NCBI RefSeq assembly: GCF_004010195.1
Contig: NC_057750.1
Coordinates: 13,864,023-13,923,562, forward strand
Length of the DNA: 59,540 nt
Direction of reading: 5' to 3'
DNA from: Chiloscyllium plagiosum
Lineage: Eukaryota
Below are positions 1-11,060 of this stretch, piece after piece. The stretch's first letter is position 1. Each line of letters starts with the position of its first letter. Under the pieces are notes generated by a model that was not told the origin of the DNA, did not search any database, and saw nothing but the letters and a program-made list of their open reading frames with translations. A program made the translations under genes and the position numbers.

Positions 1-845
1 CAGGTGCATGGCAGATGCAGTTTAATGTGGGTAAATGTATGGTTATCCACTTTGGTGGCCAGAACAGGAAGGCAGATTACTACCTCAATGGAATCGATTT
101 ATGTAAAGGGGCAGTACAGAGAGATCTTGGTGTTCTTGTACACTAGTCAATGAAGGCAAGCATGCAGGTACATCAGGTAGTGAAGAAGGCTAATAGCATG
201 CTGGCCTTCATAACAAGAGGAATTGAGTATAGAAGCAAAGAGGTGCTTCTGCAGCTGTACAGGGCCCTGGTGAGACCACACCTGGAGTACTGTGTGCAGT
301 TCTGGTCTCCAAATTTTAGAAAATACATTCTGGCTACTGAGGGAGTGCAGCATAGGTTCACTAGGTCAATTCCTGGAATGGCAGTATTACCTTACACTGA
401 AAGACTGAAGCGATTGGGCTTGAACACCCTTGTGTTTTGAAGATTGAGAGGGGATCTGATTGAGACGTATAAGATTATGAAAGGATTGGATACTCTGGCA
501 GTAGGAAACATATTTCCACTGATGGGTGAGTGCCGATCCAGAGGACACAGCTTAAAAATACGGTGTAGACCATTTAGGACAGAGCTCAGGAGAAATTTCT
601 TCACCCAGAGAGTGGTGGCTGTGTGGAATGCTCTGCCCCAGAGGGCAGTGGAGGCCCACACTCTGGATTCATTTAAGAAGGAGTTGGATAGAGCTCTCAA
701 AGATAGTGGAATCAAGGGTTATGGAGATAAGGCAGGAACAGGATACTGATTAGGAATGATCAACCATGATTATATTGAATGGCGGTGCAGGCTCGAAGGG
801 CTGAATGGCCTACTCCTGCACCTATTGTCTATTGTCTATTGTCTA
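1..845 (+). mobile_element. CR1-clade LINE, 3' portion (degenerate ORF2 C-terminus, 3' UTR, microsatellite tail)
   Basis: ORFs 150-440 (LYRALVRPHLEYCVQFWSP) and 444-749 (RGDLIETYKIMKG, RRNFFTQRVVAVWNALP) are typical CR1 ORF2 C-terminal motifs, separated by a stop; ends in (CTATTGT)n tail. Confidence 0.93.
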
Positions 846-1207
846 ACCAACGCTTCTACCGTCTCTACAGCCACTTCTTTTACATCACACAACATTAGTT
901 ATCGGGTTCAAGGGACCTGTCAGCCTTTAACATCATGAATTACCTGGGTGCATTAGCCCTCTTGATCTACTGATTGTGTTAAGTTCCTCCCTCCCTTTAA
1001 ATGCCCCTCAAACTATATTAAGAAGATAGCTTAGACCCTAATACTTTCTTATTTTAAGGGCATTAGGTTCCAGATGCAATTTGACTGATCAAACGACCAG
1101 GCTTGAAGTAAAACATACTTTATTCAAACACTATAGTTAAAATGCAACAAAAGAAAGAAGAAATTGGAATAACTTAACACTATTGGAAAACTTATCAGAA
1201 TAACGAA

Positions 1208-1519
1208 TTAGATTAGATTAGATTACTTACATTGTGGAAACAGGTCCTTCGGCCCAACAAGTCCACACCGACCCGCCGAAGCGTAACCCACCCATTCCCG
1301 TACATTTACCCCTTTACCTAACACTACAGGCAATTTAGCATGGCCAATTCACCTGACCTGCACATCTTTGGACTGTGGGAGGAAACCGGAGCACCCGGAG
1401 GAAACCCACGCAGACACGGGGAGAATGTGCAAACTCCACAGTCGCCTGAGTCGGGAATTGAACCCGGGTCTCTGGCGCTGTGAGGCAGCAGTGCTAACCA
1501 CTGTGCCACCGTGCCGCCC
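1208..1519 (-). mobile_element. HE1-like V-SINE
   Basis: tRNA-like head GGCACGGTGGCACAGTGGTTAGCACTGCTGCCTCACAG with B-box GGTTCAATTCC, V-domain GGAGTTTGCACATTCTCCCCGTGTCTGCGTGGGTTTCCTCCGGGTGCTCCGG, CR1-like tail, (TCTAA)n end. Confidence 0.92.
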
Positions 1520-1757
1520 ACTAATTATTTAACTACTAAACAGTAACTGTTCCAATACAGTAACATCGCATAAACACACCCTTGGCAAAGGCAAATTCAG
1601 TAACATAGATTGTCTCACAGGCAAAACATCAAGAGAAAACTCCAAGAGAAAATTCTGAGGCGGAGAGAGAGAGAGTAGCAGGGAAAGATGTACAGCAGCT
1701 TCCAAACTCAGCTTCAAGACCCCAGCAACCGCTACTGAAAAACAAAAACTAAAACTA

Positions 1758-2076
1758 GAGGGCAACATGGTGGCTCAGTGGTTAGCACTGCAGCCTCATA
1801 GCACCAGGAACCTGGGTTTGATCCTAGCCTTGGCTGACTGTCTGTGTGAAGTTTGCACATTCTCCCTGCGTCTGCGTGGATTTCCTCCAGGTGCTCCACC
1901 TTCCTCCCACAATCCAAAAGACGTGCAGGTCAGGCGGATTGGCCATGCTAAATTGCCTCTTAGTGTTTGGTGCGTTAGTCAGAGGGAGATGGGTTTGGGT
2001 GGGTTGCTGTTTGGAGGGTCAGTGTGGACTTGTTGGGCCGAAGGGCCTGTTTCCACACTGTAGGGAATCTAATCTA
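1758..2076 (+). mobile_element. HE1-like V-SINE
   Basis: Same head, V-domain and tail layout; ends AATCTAATCTAA. Confidence 0.92.
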
Positions 2077-2809
2077 AAAATCCTGGTTCTGTGGGAGCTG
2101 GACCTCACCCATCCAGGCTGCTTCTATTGTTCCAACTTTTTAAAAATCCAATGGCCTCGTAAGCTGTTTACTTTATCGGATGCAAGTAAGCAGCTCTGTA
2201 CCTCATTATAAAACCTCTGTTCAAATATTTAAAAAAAGGATAATATACCCTTCTTAAAGCCATGGTAATGTCACACGTTTTCATCTTGATTTTTGACCAT
2301 TCTTGAATTTTTTTTGTCTCCTATAAAGTTTAATGCAAAATACTTCTTTAAAGTCTCGGGTTGGCTTGTTTGTTTCTTATTATTCATTCCTCAGTCTCAC
2401 CACCTCACTTTAGCCATTCTTTTCCATGTTAGATACAGAAATGAAATAATTGCACAGAGATCAGGTCCCATCACCAAGTTATCTTTTGTTCACTAGTGCA
2501 CAGTACACTGGCAATGGCCAGCCAGCTCAGAGTCAATTCTCAACTGAGGAGATGCACAAAGGAAAGTGCAGACACTGAAAACCATAGCGCAAGAACTGAG
2601 CCCTGCCACAAAATTCACCAGTGGCCTTGCTGGAAAGAAACCAAAAAGAATAGCACACAGGCTACAACCAGCCGGTGAAACCACAGTTCCCTGGTGAGAA
2701 CTGCAGTACAACAGTAACACGCTAACTGTGAAGATCATCGATCAGGTCTCAAAACAGAACCCATAGTAACAAACTGGCAGTGGCCAGCCAGCTCAGAGTC
2801 AGTCCTCAA

Positions 2810-3432
2810 CTGAGGAGATACCAATCTCTTAGTTATATTTTTTTCTGAGGAGATTTTAATCTTCTGCTAATATTTTTTTTTCTGAGGAGATGCTAATATC
2901 CTAGCTATATTTTTTTCTGGGGAGATTCTAATCTGGTTATATTATTTTCTGAAGAGATTTTAATCTTCTGGTTATTTTTTTTCTGAGGAGATTCTAATGT
3001 CCTGGTTATTTCTTTTCTGAGGAGATTCTAATCTCCTGGTTATATTATTTTCTGAAGAGATTTTAATCTTCTGGTTGTATTTTTTTTCTGAGGAGATTCT
3101 AATGTCCTGGTTATTTTTTTCTCTGAGGAGATGCTAATCTCCTAGTTATATTTTTTTTCTGGGGAGTTTCTAATCTGGTAAAAAAAATTTCTGAGGAGAT
3201 GCTAATTTTCTGGTTATATTTTTTTCTGAAGAGATTTTAATCTTCTGCTAATATTTTTTTCTGAGGAGATTCTAATGTCCTGGTTATTTCTTTTCTGAGG
3301 AGATTCTAATCTCCTGGTTATATTATTTTCTGAAGAGATTTTAATCTTCTGGTTATATTTTTTTTCTGAGGAGATCCTAATCTTCTAATTATTTTCTTAA
3401 ATTTTTTTTGTTTCTTCTGGTTATACCTTTCT
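2810..3432. repeat. Tandem array of about 17-18 units of ~35 bp (CTGAGGAGATTCTAATCTCCTGGTTATAT + T-run)
   Basis: Directly visible; each unit has the palindrome AGGAGATT-CT-AATCTCCT and on the minus strand reads poly(A)+TATAACCAGGAGATTAGAATCTCCTCAG, i.e. the LTR TATA region. Confidence 0.92.
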
Positions 3433-3553
3433 GAGCAGTGGTGGTGGTGGCTGCTTGTGCAGCTGAATACAGCTTTAGTGAAAAGAAAGACATTCAGAAA
3501 CACAAAAACAAAGAAAGAGAAAAGCAAATGTCTCCTTGTTCAAGAGAAGTCTG

Positions 3554-3761
3554 GAAATGTGTTGCTGGAGAAGCGCAGCAGGTCAGGCAGCATCTAGGGA
3601 ACAGGAGAATCGACGTTTCGGGCATTAGCCCTGATTCCTGAAGAAGGGCTAATGCCCGAAACGTCGATTCTCCTGTTCCCTGGATGCTGCCTGACCTGCT
3701 GCGCTTCTCCAGCAACACATTTCCATCTCTGATCTCCAGCATCTGCAGACCTCATTTTCTC
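3554..3761. mobile_element. Penelope-like element (PLE)-derived inverted (hairpin) insertion, family A
   Basis: Two inverted arms matching the 3' end of the GIY-YIG element at 31276-31868; 15-bp direct repeat TTCAAGAGAAGTCTG at 3539-3553 and 3762-3776. Confidence 0.85.
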
Positions 3762-4469
3762 TTCAAGAGAAGTCTGCTCCAGCAGGACACTGGCTGTGGC
3801 CAGCCAGCTCGGAGTCAGTCGCCTGAACTGAAAAGATTCTAATCTCCTCGTTCTATATTTTTTTAAATTTTTTTTCTTCTGGTTATATTGGTCAGCCAAG
3901 GCTGTCCTGATTGGCCCAGGTTAACAACCCTAATCAAGTACTACATAGCTAACAAGGTCAACCTGATCCCAATCGTTACAGAAATTTTAATTGACTGCTG
4001 TAATATTTCTTTATTGTTCTCTCTCGAGTTCTATTTTCTCCCTCTTTATTAGTTTTGATCATCTTTTGCCAGTTTTTAAAATGTTCCCAATCTTCTGGAC
4101 TTCCACTAAATTTCACAGCATTGTATTTCTTTCAATTAAGTCCCATCCTTAAGTTTGTTAGTAAATGGCATATCATTCTCATATGGTCCTTCTTTCTCAA
4201 GGTAATTTCTTAAATTATAATTTATTAAATATTCCCACAGAGTCTGCCACTGTTATTCTGTTATTGTTCCAATTAATCTATTTTGCCATTTCATTTCCCT
4301 CAACTTTGTTTACATACTCCAATAATTACCTTTATTTATATTAAAAACCCCAGTTTCAGACCCACGTTTCTCACCCTCCAATTGAATGTGAAATTCTATC
4401 ATGTTGTGATCAATTTCACCAACAATTTTCTTTACCTTGAGGTTTACAGTCATACTAAACGTAAGATAA

Positions 4470-4568
4470 AGTCTAGATTAGAGTGGTGCTGGAAAAGCAC
4501 AGCAGGTCAGTCAGCATCCAAGGAGCAGGAAAAATGATGCTTCGGGCAAAAGCCCTTAATCAGGAATC
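4470..4568 (-). mobile_element. PLE family A terminal fragment
   Basis: GTGGTGCTGGAAAAGCACAGCAGGTCAG...TTCGGGCAAAAGCCCTTAATCAGGAAT; similar single arms at ~32535-32655, ~40878-40990, ~56955-57075 and ~57603-57695. Confidence 0.8.
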
Positions 4569-5014
4569 ACTTCTGCCTAAGTATAAGATAACCTATTCTC
4601 TGGTTAGTTTCAGGATGCGCTGTTTGAAGAAATCCTCCGAAAGATAGTCTCTGAACTAATCCTCCAGGCTATTTTTACTAATTTGATTTGTCCAATTTAT
4701 GTGAAGATGAAAATGATGATTATAATCATTTCAAAACCTTCTTGATGTATACTTGGCCCTAAAGTGCTTCTTCTCTCAGGGGTCTCATTTCCAAGAATGA
4801 TTTTATGTCCAATGCTATTTCTGATTTGAGTTTGATCCTCTGAGTGAGACAATTTCTCACTCTGGTATTGCTATCATCCTTTATTAACAGAGCTACATTG
4901 TCTCCTGTTCCTTTCTCCAAATTGTCAAAACTCCTTGAATATTGAAGTCATACTCAATCTGGAACCAAGTCTCTATAATGGTTTTTCATACCACACTCAG
5001 TTTTGTTTTTAAGA

Positions 5015-5328
5015 AACATAGAATCCCTACAATGTGGAAACAGGCCCTTCAGCCCAACAAGTCCACACTGACCCTCCATAGAGTAATTCATCCAGACCCA
5101 TCCCCCTACCCTATATTTACCCCTAACCTACACATTTCTGAATACTATGGGACAATTTAGCACGGAAATTCACTTAACATGCACATCTTTGGACTGTGGG
5201 AGGAAACCCACACAGACACGGGGAGAATGTGCAAACTCCACACAGACAGTCGCCCGAGGTTGGAATCGAGCCTGGGACCCTACAGCTATGAGGCAACAGT
5301 GCTAGCCACTGAGCCACCATGCTACCCC
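5015..5328 (-). mobile_element. HE1-like V-SINE
   Basis: Head and V-domain on minus strand; CATAGAATCCCTAC tail end. Confidence 0.88.
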
Positions 5329-5335
5329 TGTCTGT

Positions 5336-5537
5336 CATGATTTGGAGATGCTGGTGTTGGACTGGAGTGTACAAAGTTAAAAATCACACAACACCAGGTT
5401 ATAGTCCAACAGGTTTAATTGGAAGCACTAGCTTTCGGTGCACCGCTCCTTCATCACCTGATGAAGGAGCGTCGCTCCGAAAGCTAGTGCTTCCAATTAA
5501 ACCTGTTGGACTATAACCTGGTGTTGTGTGATTTTTA
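5336..5537. mobile_element. PLE-derived inverted insertion, family B
   Basis: Inverted arms (CACAACACCAGGTTATAGTCCAACAGG / CCTGTTGGACTATAACCTGGTGTTGTG); 12-bp direct repeat ACCCCTGTCTGT at 5324-5335 and 5538-5549; hammerhead core inside. PLE origin is inferred from the architecture and ribozyme motif. Confidence 0.75.
5455..5489 (+). ncRNA. Minimal type I hammerhead ribozyme motif
   Basis: CAC-CTGATGA-A-GGAGC(GTC)GCTCC-GAAA-GCTA-GTG: conserved core, 5-bp stem II, 3-bp stem I, loop-less palindromic stem III (AGCT). Confidence 0.7.
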
Positions 5538-6117
5538 ACCCCTGTCTGTGATATCAAGCCATCTAGTTTATTATGAACCATGAGTACAATCAGATACAGA
5601 GCCTTTAATTCTGTCTATTTAATGACTTTTGCCTACACTGACTTTGTTTCATGCTGCATTTTTATATTCATATGTTCTATCCCTTCCTATCGCTGTCTTG
5701 TTGTTGTTGTTATCCAGGTCACATTCCTGCACTATTCCTTTGTCCGGTCTCGATGAATTCCCGAATCGCCCACAAACTGTCTCCCCCCACTATTCAATTT
5801 GAAGCCCTTTGTCCAGTTATTCTGATTCACCCAGTCAATGGTCCAAGCAGAGTTCAGGTAAAGGCTGCCTCAGTCGTACAGCTCCCTCTTTCTCCAGTAT
5901 GTGTACAAGTGCACTGTGAATTCAAACCCATTTTACCCGCACCAATCTTTGAGACTTGCATCCAGCACTCTCTCACACAGTGCTAATTTTCTTGTGGTGT
6001 GGATAGTATTGAGTGATTCTGCTTTTGAATTTAGCCGCTAGCTGCCCATATTGTCGAAGCAAAATCTCTTTAAGTTTTGCACCGACGTCATTGTACCTAA
6101 TGGGCTGCAACAACAGA

Positions 6118-6382
6118 GGGCACGGTGGCTCAGCAATTAGCACTGCTGCCTCACAGCGCCAGGGACCCAGGTTCAATTCCCACCTTGGAAAGCTGACTGT
6201 GTGGCTTTTGCACATTCTCTCTGTGTGGGTTTACTCCCACAATCCAAAGGCGTGCAGGTCAGGTGAATTGACCACACTGAATTGCCCATAGTGTTAGGTG
6301 TAGTGGAATGGGTCTGGAATGCTCTTCAGAGGGTTATTGGGCTGAAGGGCCTGTTTCCACACTGCAAGAGATCTAATCTAAT
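6118..6382 (+). mobile_element. HE1-like V-SINE
   Basis: Head GGGCACGGTGGCTCAGCAATTAGCACTGCTGCCTCACAG; (TCTAA)n tail. Confidence 0.88.
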
Positions 6383-6444
6383 CTTTTCCTTCCTATTCCA
6401 AGTTTCATTACAGTCTCAAACAGATGTTCTGGAATCAGACAGGC

Positions 6445-7400
6445 AATAGAGTCATAGAGTCATACAGCATGGAAACAGACCCTTCGGCCCAACCAGTCCA
6501 TGCCGACCATAATCCCAAACTGAACTAGTCCCACCTGCCTGCTCCTGGCACATAACCCTCCAAACTTTTCTTATTCAGGAACTTATCCAAATGTTTTTTA
6601 AATGTTGTAACTGTACCCACATCCACCACTTTCTCTGGCAGTTCATTCTGCACAGGAACCACTTCAATTCAATTCTCTCTGGGTAAAAAATTGCCCCTCA
6701 TGTCTTTTTTAAGTCTTTCTCCTTGCCCCTTAAAAATATTCCCCCTAGTTTTGAAATCTCCTAGCACAGAGAAAAGATACCTGCCACTCACCTTATCTAT
6801 GCCCCTCATGATTTTATAAGCCTCTATAAGGGGGATGAGCTGAGATTAGTTCACGGGTCAGCAAAACATCGAGGGCCGAAGGGCCTGTTCTGCACTGTAT
6901 TATTCTATGTTCTATAAGGTTACCTCTCAACCTCCTACGCTCCAGGGAAAACTACCAACTTTTTTTTTGCTCAAACCCTCCTTTCCTGGCAATATCCTGG
7001 TAAATTTTTTCTGAACCCTGCCCAGTTTAATATACTGCCTTGTACAACCTCAGCATAACGTCACAACTCCTATACTCAGAGGTCTGAGCAAGGAAGGCAA
7101 TTGTGCTCAACACCTTCTTAACCACCATGTCTACCTGTGAAACAAATTTCAAAGATTTATGTATCTGAACCCCTAGCTCTCTCTGTTCTACAACACTACC
7201 CAAGGCCCTAGTTTTAATTGTATAAGTCTTGCCTTGGGTTGTTTTACTAAAATGGAATACCTCCCATTTAACCAAATTAAATCCATCTGCCACTCCTCAG
7301 CCCATTAACCCAATTGAACAAGATCTCTTTGTATCTTAGAGAACCTTCTTCACTGTCCACTATACCATCAACCTTGGCGACATCTGCAACCATTCTTTCT
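6445..7400 (-). mobile_element. CR1 LINE 3' fragment, with a short plus-strand CR1 tail inserted at ~6831-6912
   Basis: ORF 7027-7293 (-) CR1-like (ELGVQIHKSLK, YRSCDVMLRLYK); plus-strand ATAGAGTCATAGAGTCATA tail; insert flanked by CTATAAGG repeats. Confidence 0.88.
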
Positions 7401-7749
7401 ATAATTCTCATCTAAATAATTTGTATAGATATATAATTTATATTGATATAGATTACACAGACACTCCCACATACTACAGCTGCTAAGCATCAACTATACT
7501 GCCACTTTTGTTCTGTTTCATTTCACCAGTTAGGTTTCAATTAATTCATCTTGCAAATACCAGATTAAACAGCTGGGCCAATCTGAAGAGAGAGAGAGAA
7601 AATAAAAAATAAATTCATCAGCTACCCATCCACTTAAGGTCTCCCCCAGACTTCTGTTCTTGGCTCTTATGAACTCTATCTCCCTCTTTCGGACAACTTG
7701 TGTATGTTAAAGGCCATTCAGTACCTCTGCCTTCAAATGCTCTCACTTC

Positions 7750-7950
7750 ATAGAATCATTGAATCCCTACAGTGGGGGAGCAGGCCATTCAGCCCACTGA
7801 GTCCATACCGACCCTCTGAAGAACATTCCACCCACCCCCTACCCTATCCCTGTAACCCTGTATTTCTCCATGTCTAATCCACCTAGCCTGCACATCCCTG
7901 GACACTGTGGACAATTTAGCCAATCCCCCCGAACCGGCACGTCTTTGCAT
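7750..7950 (-). mobile_element. HE1-like SINE, 3' half
   Basis: CATAGAATC...CCCTACAGTG...CTAGCCTGCACATCCCTGGACAC matches the 3' part of other copies. Confidence 0.75.
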
Positions 7951-8202
7951 TATGAAATATCGAGAGTTAAGCATTTGACCTCTGCACTCAGACAAGCTGC
8001 TTCCCGCTTTGTGTGTCTACTTTCATAGAATCACAATGTCATACAGTACAGAAGGGGGCTTTTGGCCCACTGAGTCTGTACTGCCAAAAATACACTATTC
8101 CCAACATTATTCCCACTTTTCCACTCTTTATATTCACTGAAATCCAAATGGCCTGAGTCAGCCATTGACAACCATTTCTAACAATACATTTAGTCATCTA
8201 AA

Positions 8203-8330
8203 AGGGCCCTCTTGTGGTACAGTGATAGTGTCCTTACCCCTCAGACTGGGAGAACGAGATTCAAAGTCCTACTTCCTCCAGGAGGTGTGTAATAACATCT
8301 GTACAGTCCCAAAGAGATCAACGGTTGGGT
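8203..8330 (+). mobile_element. Short tRNA-headed SINE-like repeat
   Basis: GGGCCCTCTTGTGGTACAGTGATAGTGTCCTTACCCCTC...TTCAAAGTCCTAC; related copy at ~30215-30320. Confidence 0.5.
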
Positions 8331-8929
8331 TAGAAAAAGAAGCTTTATTAACTAATTGTAGTGTTCTTCTTATTGCAGAACTTGATTGTTCCTGATTAAC
8401 ACTGCCGTTTATTGCAAAAGTTAATTAAAATGATCAAGGCAAACTTAACTAGATTTTAGAAACAGCTCTACATCTTAAAATTGTTTTCATTTACCAAAGG
8501 CCTTGAGTTAAGCACCAGGCCTTGCTGCAGTTAGAAACAGCACCTTCATTCTACTAAGCTGCAGTCTGACGTGTTGAGTAGATGACCCATCTTGGATTCC
8601 CACTGAGATCTCCACCACCACAGGAACCAATCTTCAGCTAAATCGATTCATCACACACACAGTATCTAGAAGCGGAGTGTCCTGGACACTGCCAAAGTTC
8701 TATACCTGACCACATCCAGAATGAGCTGCACTCCCAACAAACTGTTCAATTGCACAGAAGCAGTGTCATCCCACCTGCTACCGTGTAAAATGGCCCAGTT
8801 ATTGGAATGTCCACAAACCTAATCCAGCCAATTAATGTGCCACCACTCTATTCTTCACCATAACCAAAGTGGCAGAAAGTCCCATCGGTGGTGCCATCAT
8901 GTGGCACTTCCTCAGTAATAATTTCTTGG

Positions 8930-9530
8930 ATGATTGTGTGCAGTTCTGGGTGCCACGTTTTAGGAAAGATGTGAATGCATTGGAGAGAATGCAGAAACAA
9001 TTTACTAGAATGGTTTCTGGAATGAGAAGCTTCAGTTCTGAGGATAAACTAAAGACATTGGGGCTGCTCTTATACAGCCATCGAGTCATAGAGTCACATA
9101 GAATGGAAACAGACCCTTTGGTCCAACCAGTCATAGAGTCGTACAACACAGAAAAAGACCCTTCAGTCAACTAGTCTAAGCCAAGCATGTTCCTAAACTA
9201 AACTAGTCCCACTTGCCTACATGTGGCCTATATCCCTCCAAACCTTTCCTATTCATGTACTTATCCAAATGTCTTTTAAATGTTGTAATTGGACCCACAT
9301 CCATCAATTCCTCGGGATGTTCATTCCACACGCAAACCACCCTCTGTGTAAAATATTTACCCCTCATGTCTTTTTTAAATCTGTCCCTTCTAACCTTAAG
9401 AATGTGCCCCCGGTCTTAAAATCCCACATCCTTGGGAAAAGACAATTACCATTAACCCTCTCTATACCCATCATTATTTATAAATCTTTCTAATGTCGTC
9501 TCTCAAACTCCTAGGTTTCAGCGACAAATG
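8930..9530. mobile_element. Two adjacent CR1 fragments (plus ~8930-9070, minus ~9080-9530)
   Basis: CVQFWVPRFRKDVNALERMQKQFTRM in ORF 8869-9174, followed by a reverse CR1 3' UTR. Confidence 0.85.
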
Positions 9531-9929
9531 TCCCAGAGGGCAGTTCAGAGTCAACCATGTTGCTGTGGATCTGAAGTTACATATAGGCCAGAACAGATGG
9601 GACGGCTGTTTGCCTCCCTAAAGGGCATTAGTGAACCAAATGAGTTTTTCCTGACAATCAACAGATTCTTAATCCCAGACTTAACGTCTACCATCTGCCT
9701 TAGCAGGATACAAACCCAGACATTACCTGGGTCTCTGAATTAACAGGACCAAGCAATAAGATCACGAGACCATCACCTCCCCTTTGTTTATTGTTGGTGT
9801 TTCTTAGCAGAGTGGCCTAGTCCCAGCCATCTTCAGCTGCTTTATCAATGGCGATCCCTCCACTGCAATGATAGAATTGGGGAAATGTTTGCAACAGCAA
9901 GACCTGGACAGCAGTTAGCTTGAGCAACA

Positions 9930-10636
9930 GCATTGATGTGCAAAGGGATCTTGGGGTTCAAGTCCATAGCTCCTTGAAAGTCGCCATGCAAGTAGATAAG
10001 TGGTAAAAGAAGGCGTATGGCATGCTTGCCTTTATTGGCTGGGGAATTGAGTACAAGAGTCAGGATGACATGTTGCAGCTTTGTAAGACTTTGGTTAAGC
10101 CACACTTAAGTGTTGCGTTCAGTTCTGGTCGCCACATTACAGGAAGGATGTGGAGGTTCTGGAGAGGGTGCAGAAGAGGCTTACTAGGGTGCTGCCTGGA
10201 TTAGAGGGTATAAGCTATAAGGAGAGGCTAGAAAAATGTGGGTTGTTTTCTCGGGAGGCTGAGGGGAGACTTGACAGAAGCCTATACAATTATGTGAAGT
10301 ACAGATAAGGTTGATGGTCAGAATCTTGTTCCCAGAGTTGAAATGTCTCAAACTTGAGGGCATGTATTTAAGGTGAGGGGGGGAAGTTCTAAGGAGATGT
10401 GCGGGGCAAGTCTTTTATACAGAGAGTGGTAGGAGTCTGGAGCACACTGCTGAGGGTGGGGGTCGAGGCTGATACAATAGGGGCGTTTAAGAGATTTTGA
10501 GATAAGCACATGACTATGCAAGGGTTGGAGGGATATGGACCAAGAAGGAATTAATTTAATTTGGTGTCATGTTCGGCACAACATTGTGGGCCGAAGGGCC
10601 TGATCCTGTGCTGTACAGTTTTATATTCTGCGTTCT
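9930..10636 (+). mobile_element. CR1 LINE 3' fragment
   Basis: MLAFIGWGIEYKSQDDMLQLCKTLVKPHL; 3' UTR GGGCCGAAGGGCCTG hairpin. Confidence 0.9.
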
Positions 10637-10639
10637 AAC

Positions 10640-11060
10640 ACTGAATCTGCCATTATCAACATCTTCAGGGTTACCTATGGTCAAGGGTTAACTGGACCAG
10701 CATATTAATAGTGTAACTGCAAGAACAAGTCAGAAAGTGAATAATTTGCAGCAAGTGACTATCCTCTTATTCCTCACAAGTCAGGAGGGTGAGGGAATAC
10801 TCCCCACTTGCCCCTGGATGGGGGCAGCTCCAACAACACTCAAGAAGCTCGACACCACCCAGGCCACAGCAGTCCGCATGCTTGGCACCACATCCACCAC
10901 CTTCAACATCCACACCCTCCACCACCAATAGCAGTAGTGTGTACCATCCACAAGATGTGGAGGTGCCAGTACTGGACTGGGGTGAACAAAGTTAAAAGTC
11001 ACAAGTTATAGTCCAACAGATTGATTTGGAAATACAAGCTTTCGGAGTGCTGCTCCCTTT
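10640..11060. mobile_element. L2-like LINE fragment (+) joined to a PLE family B arm (~10950-11060)
   Basis: SPLAPG / MGAAPTTLKKLDTTQ motif shared with 30420-30850; family B arm GGAGGTGCCAGTACTGGACTGGGG. Confidence 0.65.

Larger units (their letters stand above)
977..2275 (-). mobile_element. Solo LTR-like element (family L1), split by two HE1-like SINEs
   Basis: Minus strand starts TGTGACA at 2275; non-SINE parts are the reverse complement of 58076-58760 (e.g. CCTCACCCATCCAGGCTGCTTCTATTGTTCCAA at ~2103 vs TTGGAACAATAGAAGCAGCCTGGATGGGTGAGG at ~58215); minus-strand AATAAA near 1119-1124. No clear TSD. Confidence 0.6.
2442..3980 (-). mobile_element. Short solo LTR (family L2, probably Gypsy-type) carrying nested insertions
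   Basis: TG...CA termini (plus strand TGAAATAAT at 2442, GTTACA at 3975-3980) flanked by 4-bp GAAA direct repeats (2438-2441, 3981-3984); minus strand CCAAT then ATATAA; both ends homologous to 27333-27447 and 29939-30066. Confidence 0.7.

Noticed and set aside
1440..1519. tRNA-like A/B boxes in many places
   Set aside because: They are SINE heads running into V-domain or other SINE bodies, with no complete cloverleaf.
2810..3432. CRISPR-like array of palindromic ~29-bp repeats
   Set aside because: Vertebrate context, no unique spacers (only T-runs), no cas genes; the unit is the LTR TATA region.
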